Source: Podarcis melisellensis
Taxonomy: Eukaryota
Assembly: GCA_964234715.1 (NCBI GenBank)
Contig: OZ174287.1
DNA: 60,328 nt
Direction: 5' to 3' (one strand)
In this document: positions 46,537 through 58,164 of the stretch, piece by piece
How the letters are laid out: the number at the start of each line of letters is the position of its first letter
Position numbering within the stretch: the stretch's first letter is position 1
Program-made: the position numbers and the translations under genes
Notes under the pieces: model-generated
Database searches by the model: none
What the model saw: only the letters and a program-made list of their open reading frames with translations
Told to the model about the DNA's origin: nothing

Positions 46537-47460
46537 ATGGGAAACCAAACCACTGAATACTATTTTTTTCTTCTTGGCCTCTCCAACAACCTTCAGCTCC
46601 AGATCTTCTTATTTTTCCTTTTCTTGTTGATTTATCTGCTAACTCTGTTGGGGAATGTAATAATCATGCTGCTTGTAAAAACCAGTCCACCTCTTCAGAG
46701 TCCTATGTACTTCTTCTTGAGTTACCTCTCTTTCCTTGATGTGTGTTATTCAACTGTCACTGTCCCAAAGATGTTGGAGATCATCATTGCCAAGCAGAAG
46801 ACCATCTCTGTTGGTGGATGCTTCACTCAGGCATTCTTTATTTTGTTCTCGGCTACTGCTGAAGTTTTTATCCTCTCATCAATGGCTTATGACAGATACT
46901 GTGCTATATGTAAACCGCTGCATTATGTGGAAATCATGAATGTGGCATTCTGCCAAAAGCTAGTGGCCAGTGCATGGATGATTAGTTTTGTTTATGCACT
47001 TGCAAACACATTGCCACTGTTAAGGCTACAGTTCTGTGGCTCAAATATCATAAATCATTTCAGTTGTGAGCTCCCTTCCATCCTTTCTCTCTCCTGCAAT
47101 GATACTTTCTTCAATAAAATGCTGTTCTTCATTTCTGGGAGTACAGTTGGGCTTGTATCCCTGTTCCTCACTGTGCTGTCTTACATTCATATCATCTCCA
47201 CCATACTGAGGATAAATTCATCTGAAGGGAGACGTAAAGCTTTCTCTACCTGCAGCTCCCACCTCACTGTAGTCAGTCTCTTCTATGGAACAGGTTACTT
47301 CCGATATCTGAGGCCAAGCTCAGCTTCGTCAGTAGTTTTGGATGTAATATTGTCCATAGAATACAGCATTCTTACTCCTTTGTTAAATCCCATCATCTAC
47401 AGCTTGCAGAACAAGGAGGTGAAAGCGGTGCTTAGGAGGATATTGAGAATGAAATCTTGA
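46537..47460 (+). CDS. Olfactory receptor, class II (307 aa), OR8S-like
   Basis: Intact ORF with NQT, PMYFFLSYLSFLD, MAYDRYCAICKPLHY, HFSCELP, KAFSTCSSHL and PLLNPIIYSLQNKEVK. Confidence 0.97.
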   Translation: MGNQTTEYYFFLLGLSNNLQLQIFLFFLFLLIYLLTLLGNVIIMLLVKTSPPLQSPMYFFLSYLSFLDVCYSTVTVPKMLEIIIAKQKTISVGGCFTQAFFILFSATAEVFILSSMAYDRYCAICKPLHYVEIMNVAFCQKLVASAWMISFVYALANTLPLLRLQFCGSNIINHFSCELPSILSLSCNDTFFNKMLFFISGSTVGLVSLFLTVLSYIHIISTILRINSSEGRRKAFSTCSSHLTVVSLFYGTGYFRYLRPSSASSVVLDVILSIEYSILTPLLNPIIYSLQNKEVKAVLRRILRMKS

Positions 47461-48836
47461 TATTCATTCCCAATTCAAATCAACAGAACAGTGTGTAATG
47501 AGAAGATCGTGTCCCATTGGTTGTATGACCCCAATCTTTTATTTCATAAAACAGTTGATTAACATGGTTGTCAATAATTTTCCCTTCCATTACACACCAC
47601 AAACATTGCAAATTTTAGACACACACATGCCCAATTCTCTTTAGCTTTTCTCCATGCATCTGTAAAGCAAATAAGCGATCTCATGGAAAAGGTCCACAAG
47701 GTTTGTTTTCCAGCAGGTAAAAGTGGAGCCAATCAACCAGATTCAGTTTAGTAGGGTCTCTTCATTGGTCTGACTGATTGAGATTGCAAATATGTCAATG
47801 GTAATTACGCATTGCCCAGTACATGTCAGTCCACACTACATGATTGATGGGTTATGTTCAGCTTTACTCAGCTGTGGGGAACTATGACTGCTGATTTTTA
47901 AGATGAACTATATTTTATAGAATTTCTTATTTGAATTGGTTTCAGAGAGAGGGTTTTATTATGTCTTAGGCAATTTTCTTTTAATCTGTAAGCATGCCTG
48001 CCATTCACTTGCCAAAATCAGAAGTGCCTAGCTTTGGCACTCCAGCAGTAACACCATTGCTTCTGCTCTAAAAAAATAGTTATGGAACTTCATTCCCTAG
48101 TGTCCTTCTTCTACTACATGACTGGTCAGCAACATATGCCCTTTTGGCACTAAAATGCATGGGGAAATACACAAACAACTACACAAACAACATGGCAACC
48201 AAATTCTTAGCGGCTATATGATTAAAATTTACATCACCTGGCTCTAAGGAAACAATGAGGCATTTCAGATAGGCAAATTAGGCCAAATATCTGCAAAACT
48301 TTACTGGGTATGGTTTAGTGAGCAGTAGTTTCTCAAAATACACACAAGAGCTACTTTTATTGTAATTTTTTTCTAAAAAACATTTTCTAACTGCTTCGAG
48401 CAGCTAGAAAGCACAGTGCTTCATTGAAATGGCATCTAAAACTGACCTGGAAGTGGTTGTACATTATGGTGGATAATCCTTTCTTTGTGCCCACTAAGGA
48501 AGCACCTCTAAATCTGCAAGGGATATTATTGTACATATTTTCCACTGACACAAAATGCCATTTTTTGTTGTTGTAAATAATAAAATACTTGATGCCGCAA
48601 TTCCTACACAATTTTGCTTTCGCTGACTCTGCTAATATGTGTTATATCATGCACATGTCTCTTGGATGTGTGCTGATGCTTTCTACTGGACTCCAGCAAG
48701 AGGCACCTCCCATCAGTTATAGGGGGGGAGTATGTTTTGTAATAAAGTGTGATGATTTAAATACATTGTGAATGAGCTTGACATTCCAGTTGCTCCAAAC
48801 AGCTTGAAATTTGGGTTATGATTACAGTATTATTAT

Positions 48837-49057
48837 TCAAAACAAAAAAATTCCTTCCAGTAGCACCTTAAAGACCAACTAAGTTAGTTCTTGGTATGAG
48901 CTTTCGTGTGCATGCACACTTCTTCAGATACCTGAAGAAGTGTGCATGCACACGAAAGCTCATACCAAGAACTAACTTAGTTGGTCTTTAAGGTGCTACT
49001 GGAAGGAATTTTTTTGTTTTGACTATGGCAGACCAACACGGCTACCTATCTGTAACT
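48837..49057. mobile_element. Penelope-like element fragment forming a perfect 91-bp inverted repeat
   Basis: Arms 48837-48927 and 48932-49022 are exact reverse complements with a 4-nt spacer (atac). The 3' extension runs to tgtaact, and the TSD is agtattattat (48826-48836, 49058-49068). Confidence 0.88.
48894..48931 (-). ncRNA. Minimal type I hammerhead ribozyme motif (Penelope-type)
   Basis: The minus strand reads GUAU CUGAAGA A GUGUGCAUGCACAC GAAA GCUC AUAC, identical to 10428-10465. The plus-strand copy (48932-48965) has the core but lacks the 5' strand of stem I. Confidence 0.75.

Positions 49058-49059
<2 letters not shown>

Positions 49060-49101
<42 letters not shown>
49060..49101 (+). 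repeat. (ATT)n microsatellite
   Basis: Directly visible, adjoining the Penelope-like insertion. Confidence 0.95.
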
Positions 49102-49102
<1 letters not shown>

Positions 49103-49475
49103 GAAGGAGAAAGCACATCTTTCAAACCACCTAGAAAGTTACACATATACAAAGAGAGAGACAGAGAGAAACAGTTAAAGAAATGCAGATTTCACAATAG
49201 TTATTTCCTAAAAATTGCAATGTAGATATGGAGCAGAGTGGGCTTTGCCAGTAGGCATATACCAAAATGGACACAAACTCAAGCAGATTCATTCTGCCCA
49301 TTCCTGACTGAAAGTTGCAGTTGTTGACAATATGGAGTAGGATATGTGGCCCTGGTCTGTCTCATTGTAAGGCACCTCTATATCTAAAGAAGTCTATCAC
49401 ACCTTAATGTTCAGCTGACTTGTAAAACCTATAATAAATGTGTTCTTGTTTTTTGGAAGGAAGAACTAATACAGT

Positions 49476-49550
49476 TTCATTTAATGAAAAAGGCATCCCA
49501 GGAGAAAGTCAGTTGGCAAGATAAATTTCATGGGATTAATTCCAGAAAAT
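49476..49550 (+). promoter_or_regulatory. Probable promoter of the OR at 51478
   Basis: Homeodomain ttaatga (49481-49487) lies next to O/E tcccaggaga (49496-49505), followed by ttcatgggattaatt. Downstream donors are CAG|gtaagt (~50036) and CAG|gtatgt (~51018), and an acceptor precedes the ATG. Confidence 0.5.
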
Positions 49551-50405
49551 GAACGTGACATCACATCACCATCCTTTCTATACCATCTTGGTCACTTAAA
49601 AAATGTCCAGTACATAGGCAGAATGGACACTGAACAATGCACATTAAGAAAATCAGGCTTTTGTAGAGTTGGCAGTGATTTCAATCATTCCCTTTCAGTG
49701 TGCACAGCAGGGACCCTGAAATATTTTTTCCTTTCTGTCACAGATGAAAAAACTTTGACCAGCTAGATGCTGTTTGGACTCGAGGTTGCATTCAGCCCCA
49801 GATGACAGGGCCAAAGGTCATGAACTGAAAACCAGCAACCGGTTCTCCAGCCATGATCTAAATGAGCAATATGATAATATGAGTGATCTTTATTTTCTTT
49901 GGGGATTTCACCAAGATTTGTTTCAAATCGTCATTTTTAAAAGTAATTGTAAAGTGGATGGAGATCTCTTTGAGATGCAGCTCCAGTCAAACCTAAGGGT
50001 AGTGACAGTTGTTGCGCATCTGGATTAGCTATCAGGTAAGTGGCAATCTCTTTCTGATATTTATGAATAGTTTAATTCAGTGTGTTTTATGTGCTGGGCG
50101 ATCTTAAATAGACAGTAACCAGTACATGCTATCAATTTGCAGGATTATTCAATATTTTCCTAAAGATTCCAGTGACTTGCACTTGGAAACACGAAATCAC
50201 AGTAAATAACTAAGATTCACAAAGAAGCTGAACATATTTGCTAGTCTTCTGACAACTTTTTAGTACTTTCTAATCCTCCCAAATGTTTCAGCAGTTTAAA
50301 CATTCTACAAATTTGCTTCAAAATTTCACCCTTAAAAAATGAAAAATGTAGGCTGTTCTAGTATATACAAACCAGAAAGGACCAGTGTCTCCTATACTGG
50401 CTGAA

Positions 50406-50560
50406 GAGCTAAAAGCTCAGTGATAGAGCATCTGCTTTGCATGCAGAAAGTCTCAAGTTAATCCCTTTACTTCCAGGTCAGACTAGACTTATTCTTTTCA
50501 GAAATTATGGAGAGCCATTGCAAGTCAGTTTAGACAGTACTGAGCTAGATGGACCAATAA
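50406..50560 (+). mobile_element. Squam3-like tRNA-derived SINE, diverged
   Basis: agctcagtgatagagcatctgctttgcatgcagaaagtc...tggagagcca...agtcagt..agacagtactgagctagatggacca. Confidence 0.75.
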
Positions 50561-51477
50561 AGGACCAGTACCTAACTAAAAATCATGATCAACATCTGAA
50601 AATGCATCTTTTTCATGTGTGCCAGCAGAACTGAGATGACATTATTGGTCTTACCAAGTAGACATGGGTCTCAAAATTGAGATTGAACAGTTTCCACATT
50701 CACAGCAGCATACCTAAGTTTGATCCATGAGGACAAATCTGGAAACGGAAGGGGGCTCACATGTTCTCAGAGCTGCTTCCTTTTTTCTAATAGGCAGATG
50801 TACAACAGGTCTAAGTTTTCCAACCACCAAATGTGTGCTAGGAAATAGTTTGACTGTTTATAGTCTTGCTTTTCATGCACAAAAACCTCTCTCCGTTTTT
50901 TAAAAAATCCGTCCCTTCCCACATTTAGCATTCTGTCTGGAATTTAGAGTTTGGAATTGCATGGCCTTGTGCCCAGTATGGAACTATTGGGTCAGTGGTC
51001 TCCCTTGTCCCTGTCAGGTATGTAAAATGCTATATGTACACAGTTTGTTTTCCATCCATTCAGATCAAATAAACCTCACCCCCCCCAACATTAAACATTA
51101 GCATGCATATTGACCTCCACCTTAAAAAAGAAAGAAACAATCTTGAAGTGGTTGCACATGTGTGTGCATCCAATTTCCTTTTGTTCAGTGAGTGTGGAAC
51201 TGCAAATGTGAAATCTCTACACAAACAATTAACACTTGAATCAACAGTCTAGTTCTTGGCTGCATCAAAGCAATCATAACTATGTCCAGATAGAGATACA
51301 GTAGATCATATTGAATTCAGTGGAGCTTACTCCCAGGTAAATAGGGTTAAAAATTCAGAAAATACTTCCCCTACATTTATACATTTATTAATCATTTTTC
51401 AGAGCTTTCTACAAATTGAATAAATTCTATTTCTTTTTTTAATTTGTACAGATGTTAAGGCTTTTAAATTCATTGAG

Positions 51478-52410
51478 ATGGAAAATCAAACTGCAGTTAC
51501 AGAGTTTATACTCTCAGGACTCTCCAGAGATCCACATCTTCAGGTGTTTCTCTTCTTGGTGTTCTTAATAATTTTTTTGGTAACATTGTTAGGAAATTCT
51601 GCAATCATGCTGGTGATTAGAACTGAGTGTAGCCTTCAAACCCCCATGTTCTTCTTTCTTAGTCATTTAGCTTTTGTTGACATCTGCTATTCATCTGTCA
51701 CTGTTCCCAAGATGTTGGAAAATATCATAGCAAAGCAGAAAACGATTTCCTGGGAAGGATGCATTGCACAGATCTTCTTCTTTTTCCAGGTTGCTTGTGC
51801 TGAAGTATTCATCCTTTCAGCAATGGCTTATGACCGATACATTGCTATATGTGATCCACTGCATTATACCACAATCATGAAAAAAGAAATCTGCAGACAA
51901 CTAGTGGGTGGATCTTGGGCTATGGGTACCTTCTATGCTGTGTTGAATGTTCCACCTTTGGTGAATTTGCATTTTTGCGGGAACAATATTATTGACCATT
52001 ACAGCTGTGAGCTTCCTTCAGTCTTGGCCTTGGCTTGTACCCAGACCCTCATAAATTACATTGTTCTTCTTATCACTGTGTTGGTGTTTGGTCTTGGCTC
52101 CTTTCTCCTTACCCTCATCTCTTATGTTTACATTATTTCAACCATCGTGAAGATTCGTTCAGCAGAAAGCAGGCATAAAGCCTTCTCCACTTGCAGCTCT
52201 CACCTCATTGTGGTGGGTTTGTTTTACATTGCAGCTTTTTTCCGGTACATGAAGCCAAGTTCAGAATCACTCGCCTACCTGGATAAATTAGTGTCGGTGC
52301 AGTACAGCATCTTAACTCCCATGTTAAACCCTCTCATTTACAGCTTGAAGAACAAGGATATAAAAAATGCTCTGTTGAAGAAGTTTGGAAAGTGTAAGTT
52401 TCTTCAATAA
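51478..52410 (+). CDS. Olfactory receptor, class II (310 aa), OR8S-like
   Basis: Intact ORF with NQT, PMFFFLSHLAFVD, MAYDRYIAICDPLHY, HYSCELP, KAFSTCSSHL and QYSILTPMLNPLIYSLKNK. Confidence 0.97.
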   Translation: MENQTAVTEFILSGLSRDPHLQVFLFLVFLIIFLVTLLGNSAIMLVIRTECSLQTPMFFFLSHLAFVDICYSSVTVPKMLENIIAKQKTISWEGCIAQIFFFFQVACAEVFILSAMAYDRYIAICDPLHYTTIMKKEICRQLVGGSWAMGTFYAVLNVPPLVNLHFCGNNIIDHYSCELPSVLALACTQTLINYIVLLITVLVFGLGSFLLTLISYVYIISTIVKIRSAESRHKAFSTCSSHLIVVGLFYIAAFFRYMKPSSESLAYLDKLVSVQYSILTPMLNPLIYSLKNKDIKNALLKKFGKCKFLQ

Positions 52411-54374
52411 AATTAGACTTAATTCTAGGAAAGTGTACAATGTCACAAGCTATCATTTAAAATGGTGTACATGTGTATATATCCACCAAACATCTTAGGG
52501 GCTAATGAGGAGAGCAGCTCCCTGTTTTTAAAATGTCATGCTTCCCTCGATGTTGGAGTTAGACTAAAAAAGACCCCAAAACAAAGCTGACGCATAAGAT
52601 TAGGTTGAAGAAGACAGAACTGGAATCAATTTGCTTTCATGGGGGGAAAAGACCAAGGGGACATTTAACTAATGGGAAATATGTAAGGGTTCTTTTTTCC
52701 CCTTAATGGAAATCTGGAGAGAGAAAATGAATGATATGAATTATATAGGGGAAATGGAGTGAAATTTGAGTTCTGTGTTTATGGTTTGGTTCTACTGCCT
52801 TGCATTTAGCTTCTGTTCTGGTGGACATCTTCTGCCTTCATCTAGTCTAGCCCTCTGAATCCAGCCAATGGTCATCCAGCCCAATGCCTCTTGGAAGCTC
52901 AGGTAGAAGTTGAGGAAGCTGAACTTTTTCTCCAGCATCCAAGTCATATGCTTAAACTGCCACTGAACGAAAGCATAGGAATGGGGAACCTGATTGGTCA
53001 CTTGGGCTTGCAGTGATGTAAACAACTCTTGAAGGGCCAGAAGTTCCCTGTTTATGCATGAGGTTATTTGGAGTGAAGATGTTCTTAGATGAAAAAGGAG
53101 AGTTTATCCATATATTGCTGAGGAAATGTGTTGGAGGCATGCCTAGGTAGGATTGGTGAGATTTGAAGCTAAGAATGGGTGGACTAATATAATCTATATC
53201 ACTTTCTTGTGTGTCCATTCATAAATCCACACTTCCAGGATTGCTGATTTGATCACACTAATGTATCTGAAGCACCATGACCTTGTCCCTCCCACTCACC
53301 TTCCAAGTACACAGCAGAAACTGATATTCATAGGCTCTGAAGATAGCTAATATTAGCCAATATAGCTAATATTTGTTGTTAGCTTCCACAAGTATTTAAA
53401 GTGACCTAACTGAGAAGCAATCCCCACATCATATAGCAATGAAACCCCACTAGTTAGTTAAATATGTATTGCTTGAAGACTACAATTTTGTGGTATATTG
53501 CCACTCAAATTCATAATGTGAACCCTAGTTCTAGTATTAGCATTATCAGCCACTAAAATTATTATTTTTATAAAACAAAATGCAATTTTGTGCCTGAATG
53601 ACATACTTGTAACCCAGCTGTCATCAGTCTGTATGGTTATGTGCTTGCTTGTTTGCTTAAATGGTGCTTAATTGGTGAATTGTAACAGCAATGAGTATAT
53701 GGGGTCTTCTTTGTTACCTTTTAAAGGAGCTATTCCAATCTTGTTTGTTTGTTTTCAAAAGCTGTGGTGAATTTTAATGTTTTACATTCTTACTGGACTT
53801 AGTTTAACACATCTCTTACAATTAACAGGATGTTCAGGGCTGTTGTTGTTTTTTATAAAAAAATGATCACTAGTGTTTCTTTTTTGTAATTATAGTACTA
53901 TTACTTTTATGTAATATTTGTTTAATGGCTTTTAAAATTATGTGTGTTTTTGTTATGTTATTGTAAACCTGTTTGAAAGTGGGACATGATAGTGAACAAA
54001 TAAATGTGACTATTCACCAAAACAGTAGTAAAGTGAGATTTAACTTTTGTCAAGCTGAAATCAATGTTGAACCAAGACATTTTGCTTTCTGATATGGAGT
54101 CCAAACGCTCCTCACAAGGATAAACATTTTTAAAACTTTTGCTGCATGATTCAATAAACTCCTGCTTGTAATCTATCTCCCTTTCAGAATTCTCACTGAT
54201 GCCTGTTGCTTCACCCTCCTGAATGGCAGGGTTACCCTTGGATGAAATGTAAACTCTCATTTACATTTGCCTTAACTAAATTTCATACAGTTGCACTAGG
54301 GGTGCTCACACATTATATTAAACAAGTGTGCAATCAGTGTTCTTGTGTACATGAATAACTGCAGTATCAAAATA

Positions 54375-54612
54375 CAGTGGTACCTCAGTCTACAGACAGT
54401 CCTGTTAATGAACTATTCAGGCAACAAACTATGCAAAAGCAGAGGTAGGTGTTCCTAGTGAACTTTGCCTTGGAAGCCGAACGGAAGTTGAACGGTGGAA
54501 GGGCACCGGTGGCGGGAGGCCTCAGCAGGGAAAGCACACCTCGGTTTAAGAATGCTTTGGTTTAAGCATGGACTTCCGGAACGAATTAAGATCATAGACC
54601 GAGGTACCACTG
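54375..54612. mobile_element. Tc1/mariner (Tigger-like) MITE
   Basis: TIRs cagtggtacctcagtcta / tagaccgaggtaccactg are flanked by TA on both sides. Confidence 0.85.
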
Positions 54613-55049
54613 TATACAGTATGCCAAAATCTGGTCCTTTATCTCATGAACTGTCATGTCAAATTCGGCAACGATATCTCCAGAGGCATCCAAATTGTTG
54701 CAGTTTGGAATGTTTCATTGGCCATCTTGAATGAAATAAACTTAGATGAAGCCTACATCCTCCACTCTGTTACAGATAAACAAAAATATGGCAACAATAT
54801 ATTTAGAGGCATTCAAGTTGCCACAGTTTGGAATCACCATGCCAAATTGGGTGAAGGCACACCAATTGAGCAATTACATACTCATACATATTCAGAGGCA
54901 CAATAACCCTAATTGCCACAATTTGGAACCACCGTGCCAAACTGGTCCCAAGCTACCCTCTGTTTGTTTATCTATATTTGCCACCATGGCAGAAAAGCTT
55001 CTCCCACAAAACACAACAAAACTCACAGGCATTTGCAGGAATGCACTAC

Positions 55050-55100
55050 TGATGAATTTAATTATCCTCTTGGGATGAGTATTTCTATATAAGTTGCTAC
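55050..55100 (+). promoter_or_regulatory. Probable promoter of the OR at 57226
   Basis: Abutting homeodomain ttaatta (55058-55064) and O/E-like tcctcttggga (55065-55075), TATA-like tatataa (55086-55092), a donor CAG|gtaatt (~55254) and an acceptor at 57201-57202. Confidence 0.5.
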
Positions 55101-55555
55101 ATTCTACAGTGAAAAATATATCCTCCAGGGTTTGGTATAGCAAGTATAATAACATCATGGCAAAAACTCCACTTGGTCTTAGTGAGCAGGGGAACCATTT
55201 TTACTGACACATAAAAGGTACTTTTTCCAATTCATTCCCGCCTTTTCAGTCAGGTAATTATATACAAAAGTTTGAGTCTCTGGTCTAAGGCAATGTCCTC
55301 CAGAAGCTTCTTGCATGTTTCTTGATTTCTCTTTCCCTCTGTTTTTGCTGATCAGATTGGTTTTTCTTAGGCCTTTTTAAAAGAAAAAATAAGAAATGAA
55401 AAGAAGAGATATGTTTACATATGATTTCATTGTGTTTTAAGGCAGAAATCCTTGCTTATGTGAGAATGAGCAGGAAGGAAAGAAAAAAACAGCATTTGAA
55501 ATTTCTCACTCACTAGACATAAATTAGAACGTAGGAAGGGAGCAATTACAAGGTA

Positions 55556-55941
55556 CCGTATTTTTTGCTCTATAGGACGCACCAGACAATAAGATGCACC
55601 TAGTTTTGGGGGGAGGAAAACAAGAAGAAAAAAATTCTGAATCCCAAAAGCCAGAACAGCAAGAGGGATCTGCGCAGCGCTCCATCTCACTGTTCTGGCT
55701 TCTGGGATAGCCCGCGAAGCTTCCGCAGGGCAGCGGGGTGCCTTCATCCCACTGCCCTGCAGAGGCTTTGTGCAGCTAAGCCAGAAGCTAGAACAGCAAG
55801 ATGGAGTGCTGCACAGCGCTCCCTCTCCCTGTTCTGACTTCTGGCTTAGCCGTGCAGCCTGCATTCGCTCCATAAAATGCACACACATTTTCCCTTACTT
55901 TTTAGGAGGGAAAAAGTGCATCTTATAGAGCAAAAATACAG
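55556..55941. mobile_element. Tc1/mariner (pogo/Tc2-like) MITE
   Basis: TIRs ccgtattttttgctctataggacgcac / gtgcatcttatagagcaaaaatacag are flanked by TA, and the interior has inverted repeats. Confidence 0.85.
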
Positions 55942-57225
55942 TACAGTAGTTTTCATCATCAGTGCAACCAAATTACAAACATAGGCTAAAAAAGTAAGAA
56001 GTGGTCCTGCAAATGCACATGTGGGTTAAATATGGGTTCCAGGTTTGAAAAGAATGAAGACTACTGTTCTAATCCACTCTTAACAGTAACGTGGCATTTA
56101 TTCCCTTTACATCTCTCTCTCTACTATATTTTAAATTGCAGTATTTGTTAGGAAGAAGAGTAGCCCTACTGTGGTGATGGTCTAAATTTCAGTTGCCATT
56201 AATTTCCTTGCATTTCACTTCATTCTGTGTAAGAAAGTAGCATTTGAAGGAGCACTTCTAAAGGCTGACTCACGCACACACTAAATATTTCCATATGATG
56301 ATTTCTGCATATTTAGAGTGAGCAAACTGCTGCAAATGGGAACCTTCAGAAGCAGAAATGAGATGCAATGTGATTGCCTGCTGATTTTATTAATGGCATT
56401 CAGCTCTTAAAGGAACAGAAAGTCTTCCAGGGAAAAGGTGGCAACCTTGGACGTTAAATTGTACCAAACAGTCCTTAAGAAAGAAGGCTTGTGAGCCACT
56501 GATTTACTAAATCAATTCATTTTTTTGTTAATCTTCAGTCCTTATGGAAGAGAAACAGAGAGGTCTGTTCCAGCAGACTTTTAGAAACTGGTGAATAAGG
56601 TTGAGAAATGTTGAAAGACAGCAACTTCCCAACTGTGTGATCTTGATGATAGCAGCTGCTTTTGTTATTAGACCAGTTAGGATTTAACCAAAGATCCATA
56701 TTATGGGTTTGAATATGAAATGATGCTCTCAGCATATTGAGGAAATTTTGATACTATTTATTTAAAATGTGTTATTTATTATATAAGAACACCTCATTTT
56801 AATAAGCTTTCTAACATTGATTACAGGCAAGTAAAAGGCTAAAATGTCATGCATAGCTTGCATGGAATTATGTCCCACTGAGACCAGCTGGACTTCATTT
56901 CAAGGAAACATGAACTGGTTTGGGCTACAATGGCTGTTGGTTAATCTTGCTGTCTGGTCTATGACTGCAATAAAGATTTATTGATTGGTTGGTTGGTTTC
57001 AATGATGCAGAAAAATTGAGCATGGACATTGACTTCTCAGTGGAGGTTAAAGCTGCTCAACATAGACTGAATCCAGCTCTTAATTGATATAGGTTTTTAG
57101 AATTATGGTTCCCATCTCAACAATATTTCAGATGCTTTAGTCTACTATTCAGGGACAACAGAACAACTTTGCTGCAATCAGATGTTTGTTTGTTTTTCAC
57201 AGATTACATTTTTGTTGGAAAGGAA

Positions 57226-58164
57226 ATGGAAAATCAAACTACTGTGACATATTTTCTTCTTGTGGGATTTTCTTACAGTTTTCCAGTCCGTATTTGCCTC
57301 TTCCTGGTGTTTTTACTCATGTATGCAATAACTTTGGTAGGGAACACGATCATCATGATGGTAATAAAGAAAGACAGTAATCTACAGAGCCCTATGTACC
57401 TCTTCCTAAGTCAACTGTCTTTTCTGGATATTTGCTACTCTTCAGTCACGGTGCCTAAGGTTCTCCTGAATTTCTTCCACAGCCAAAGAATTTCTTACAG
57501 TACCTGCATCATGCAAATGTTTTTCATCATCCAGACAGGATGCACTGAAATCTTCCTTCTTACAGCAATGGCTTATGACCGATATGCTGCCATATGCAAG
57601 CCACTTCATTATGTTGAAACTATGAATATACCGTTCTGTAAGCTGCTGGTGGGAGGTGCATGGGCAATAGGTTTTGTACATGCATTGATTAATACATTTC
57701 CTGTTCTGAAGCTGGTGTTCTGTGGTCCAAACACTATCAGGCATTTCAGCTGTGAACTCCCATCTCTCTTGGCCTTATCTTGCACAGAAACCTTTGTGAA
57801 TGCGATAACATTCTTAATTACAAGTAGTGCAGTAGTGCTTTCATCAATCTGTGTCATGCTGGTGTCATATACCTACATAGTCTCTATGGTTCTGAAGCTT
57901 AATTCAGCAGAAGCTAAAAGAAAAACATTCTCCACCTGCAGTTCCCATCTCATTGTTGTCATTTTATTTTATGGCACTGCCTGCTTTAGGTATTTAAGGC
58001 CGAATTCAGCCTCGTCTGTACTACTGGATGAACTCTTTTCCACCCAATATAGCATTTCAACCCCCATGCTGAACCCCATTATTTACAGTCTGAAAACCAA
58101 AGAAGTGAAAGAAGCCATCAAGAAACTGATGGGGTACAAAAAAGTGGTACCTCCTGCTGTATAA
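57226..58164 (+). CDS. Olfactory receptor, class II (312 aa), OR8S-like
   Basis: The true start is MENQT at 57226 (the ORF-track start at 57169 is a TTG in the intron). It carries PMYLFL, MAYDRYAAICKPLHY, HFSCELP, KTFSTCSSHL and QYSISTPMLNPIIYSLKTKEVK. Confidence 0.96.
   Translation: MENQTTVTYFLLVGFSYSFPVRICLFLVFLLMYAITLVGNTIIMMVIKKDSNLQSPMYLFLSQLSFLDICYSSVTVPKVLLNFFHSQRISYSTCIMQMFFIIQTGCTEIFLLTAMAYDRYAAICKPLHYVETMNIPFCKLLVGGAWAIGFVHALINTFPVLKLVFCGPNTIRHFSCELPSLLALSCTETFVNAITFLITSSAVVLSSICVMLVSYTYIVSMVLKLNSAEAKRKTFSTCSSHLIVVILFYGTACFRYLRPNSASSVLLDELFSTQYSISTPMLNPIIYSLKTKEVKEAIKKLMGYKKVVPPAV

Noticed and set aside
48837-49022. Possible miRNA precursor or DNA-transposon TIR pair
   Set aside because: The asymmetric 3' extension, 11-15 bp TSDs, variable inversion point between copies and hammerhead core fit Penelope-type retroposition better.
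57169-57225. 19-aa N-terminal extension of the last OR
   Set aside because: It has a non-ATG start and spans the polypyrimidine tract and AG acceptor at 57201-57202.
25327-58000. Many 60-170 aa ORFs antisense or out of frame to ORs and LINEs
   Set aside because: They are shadow ORFs of real coding sequence with no independent motifs.
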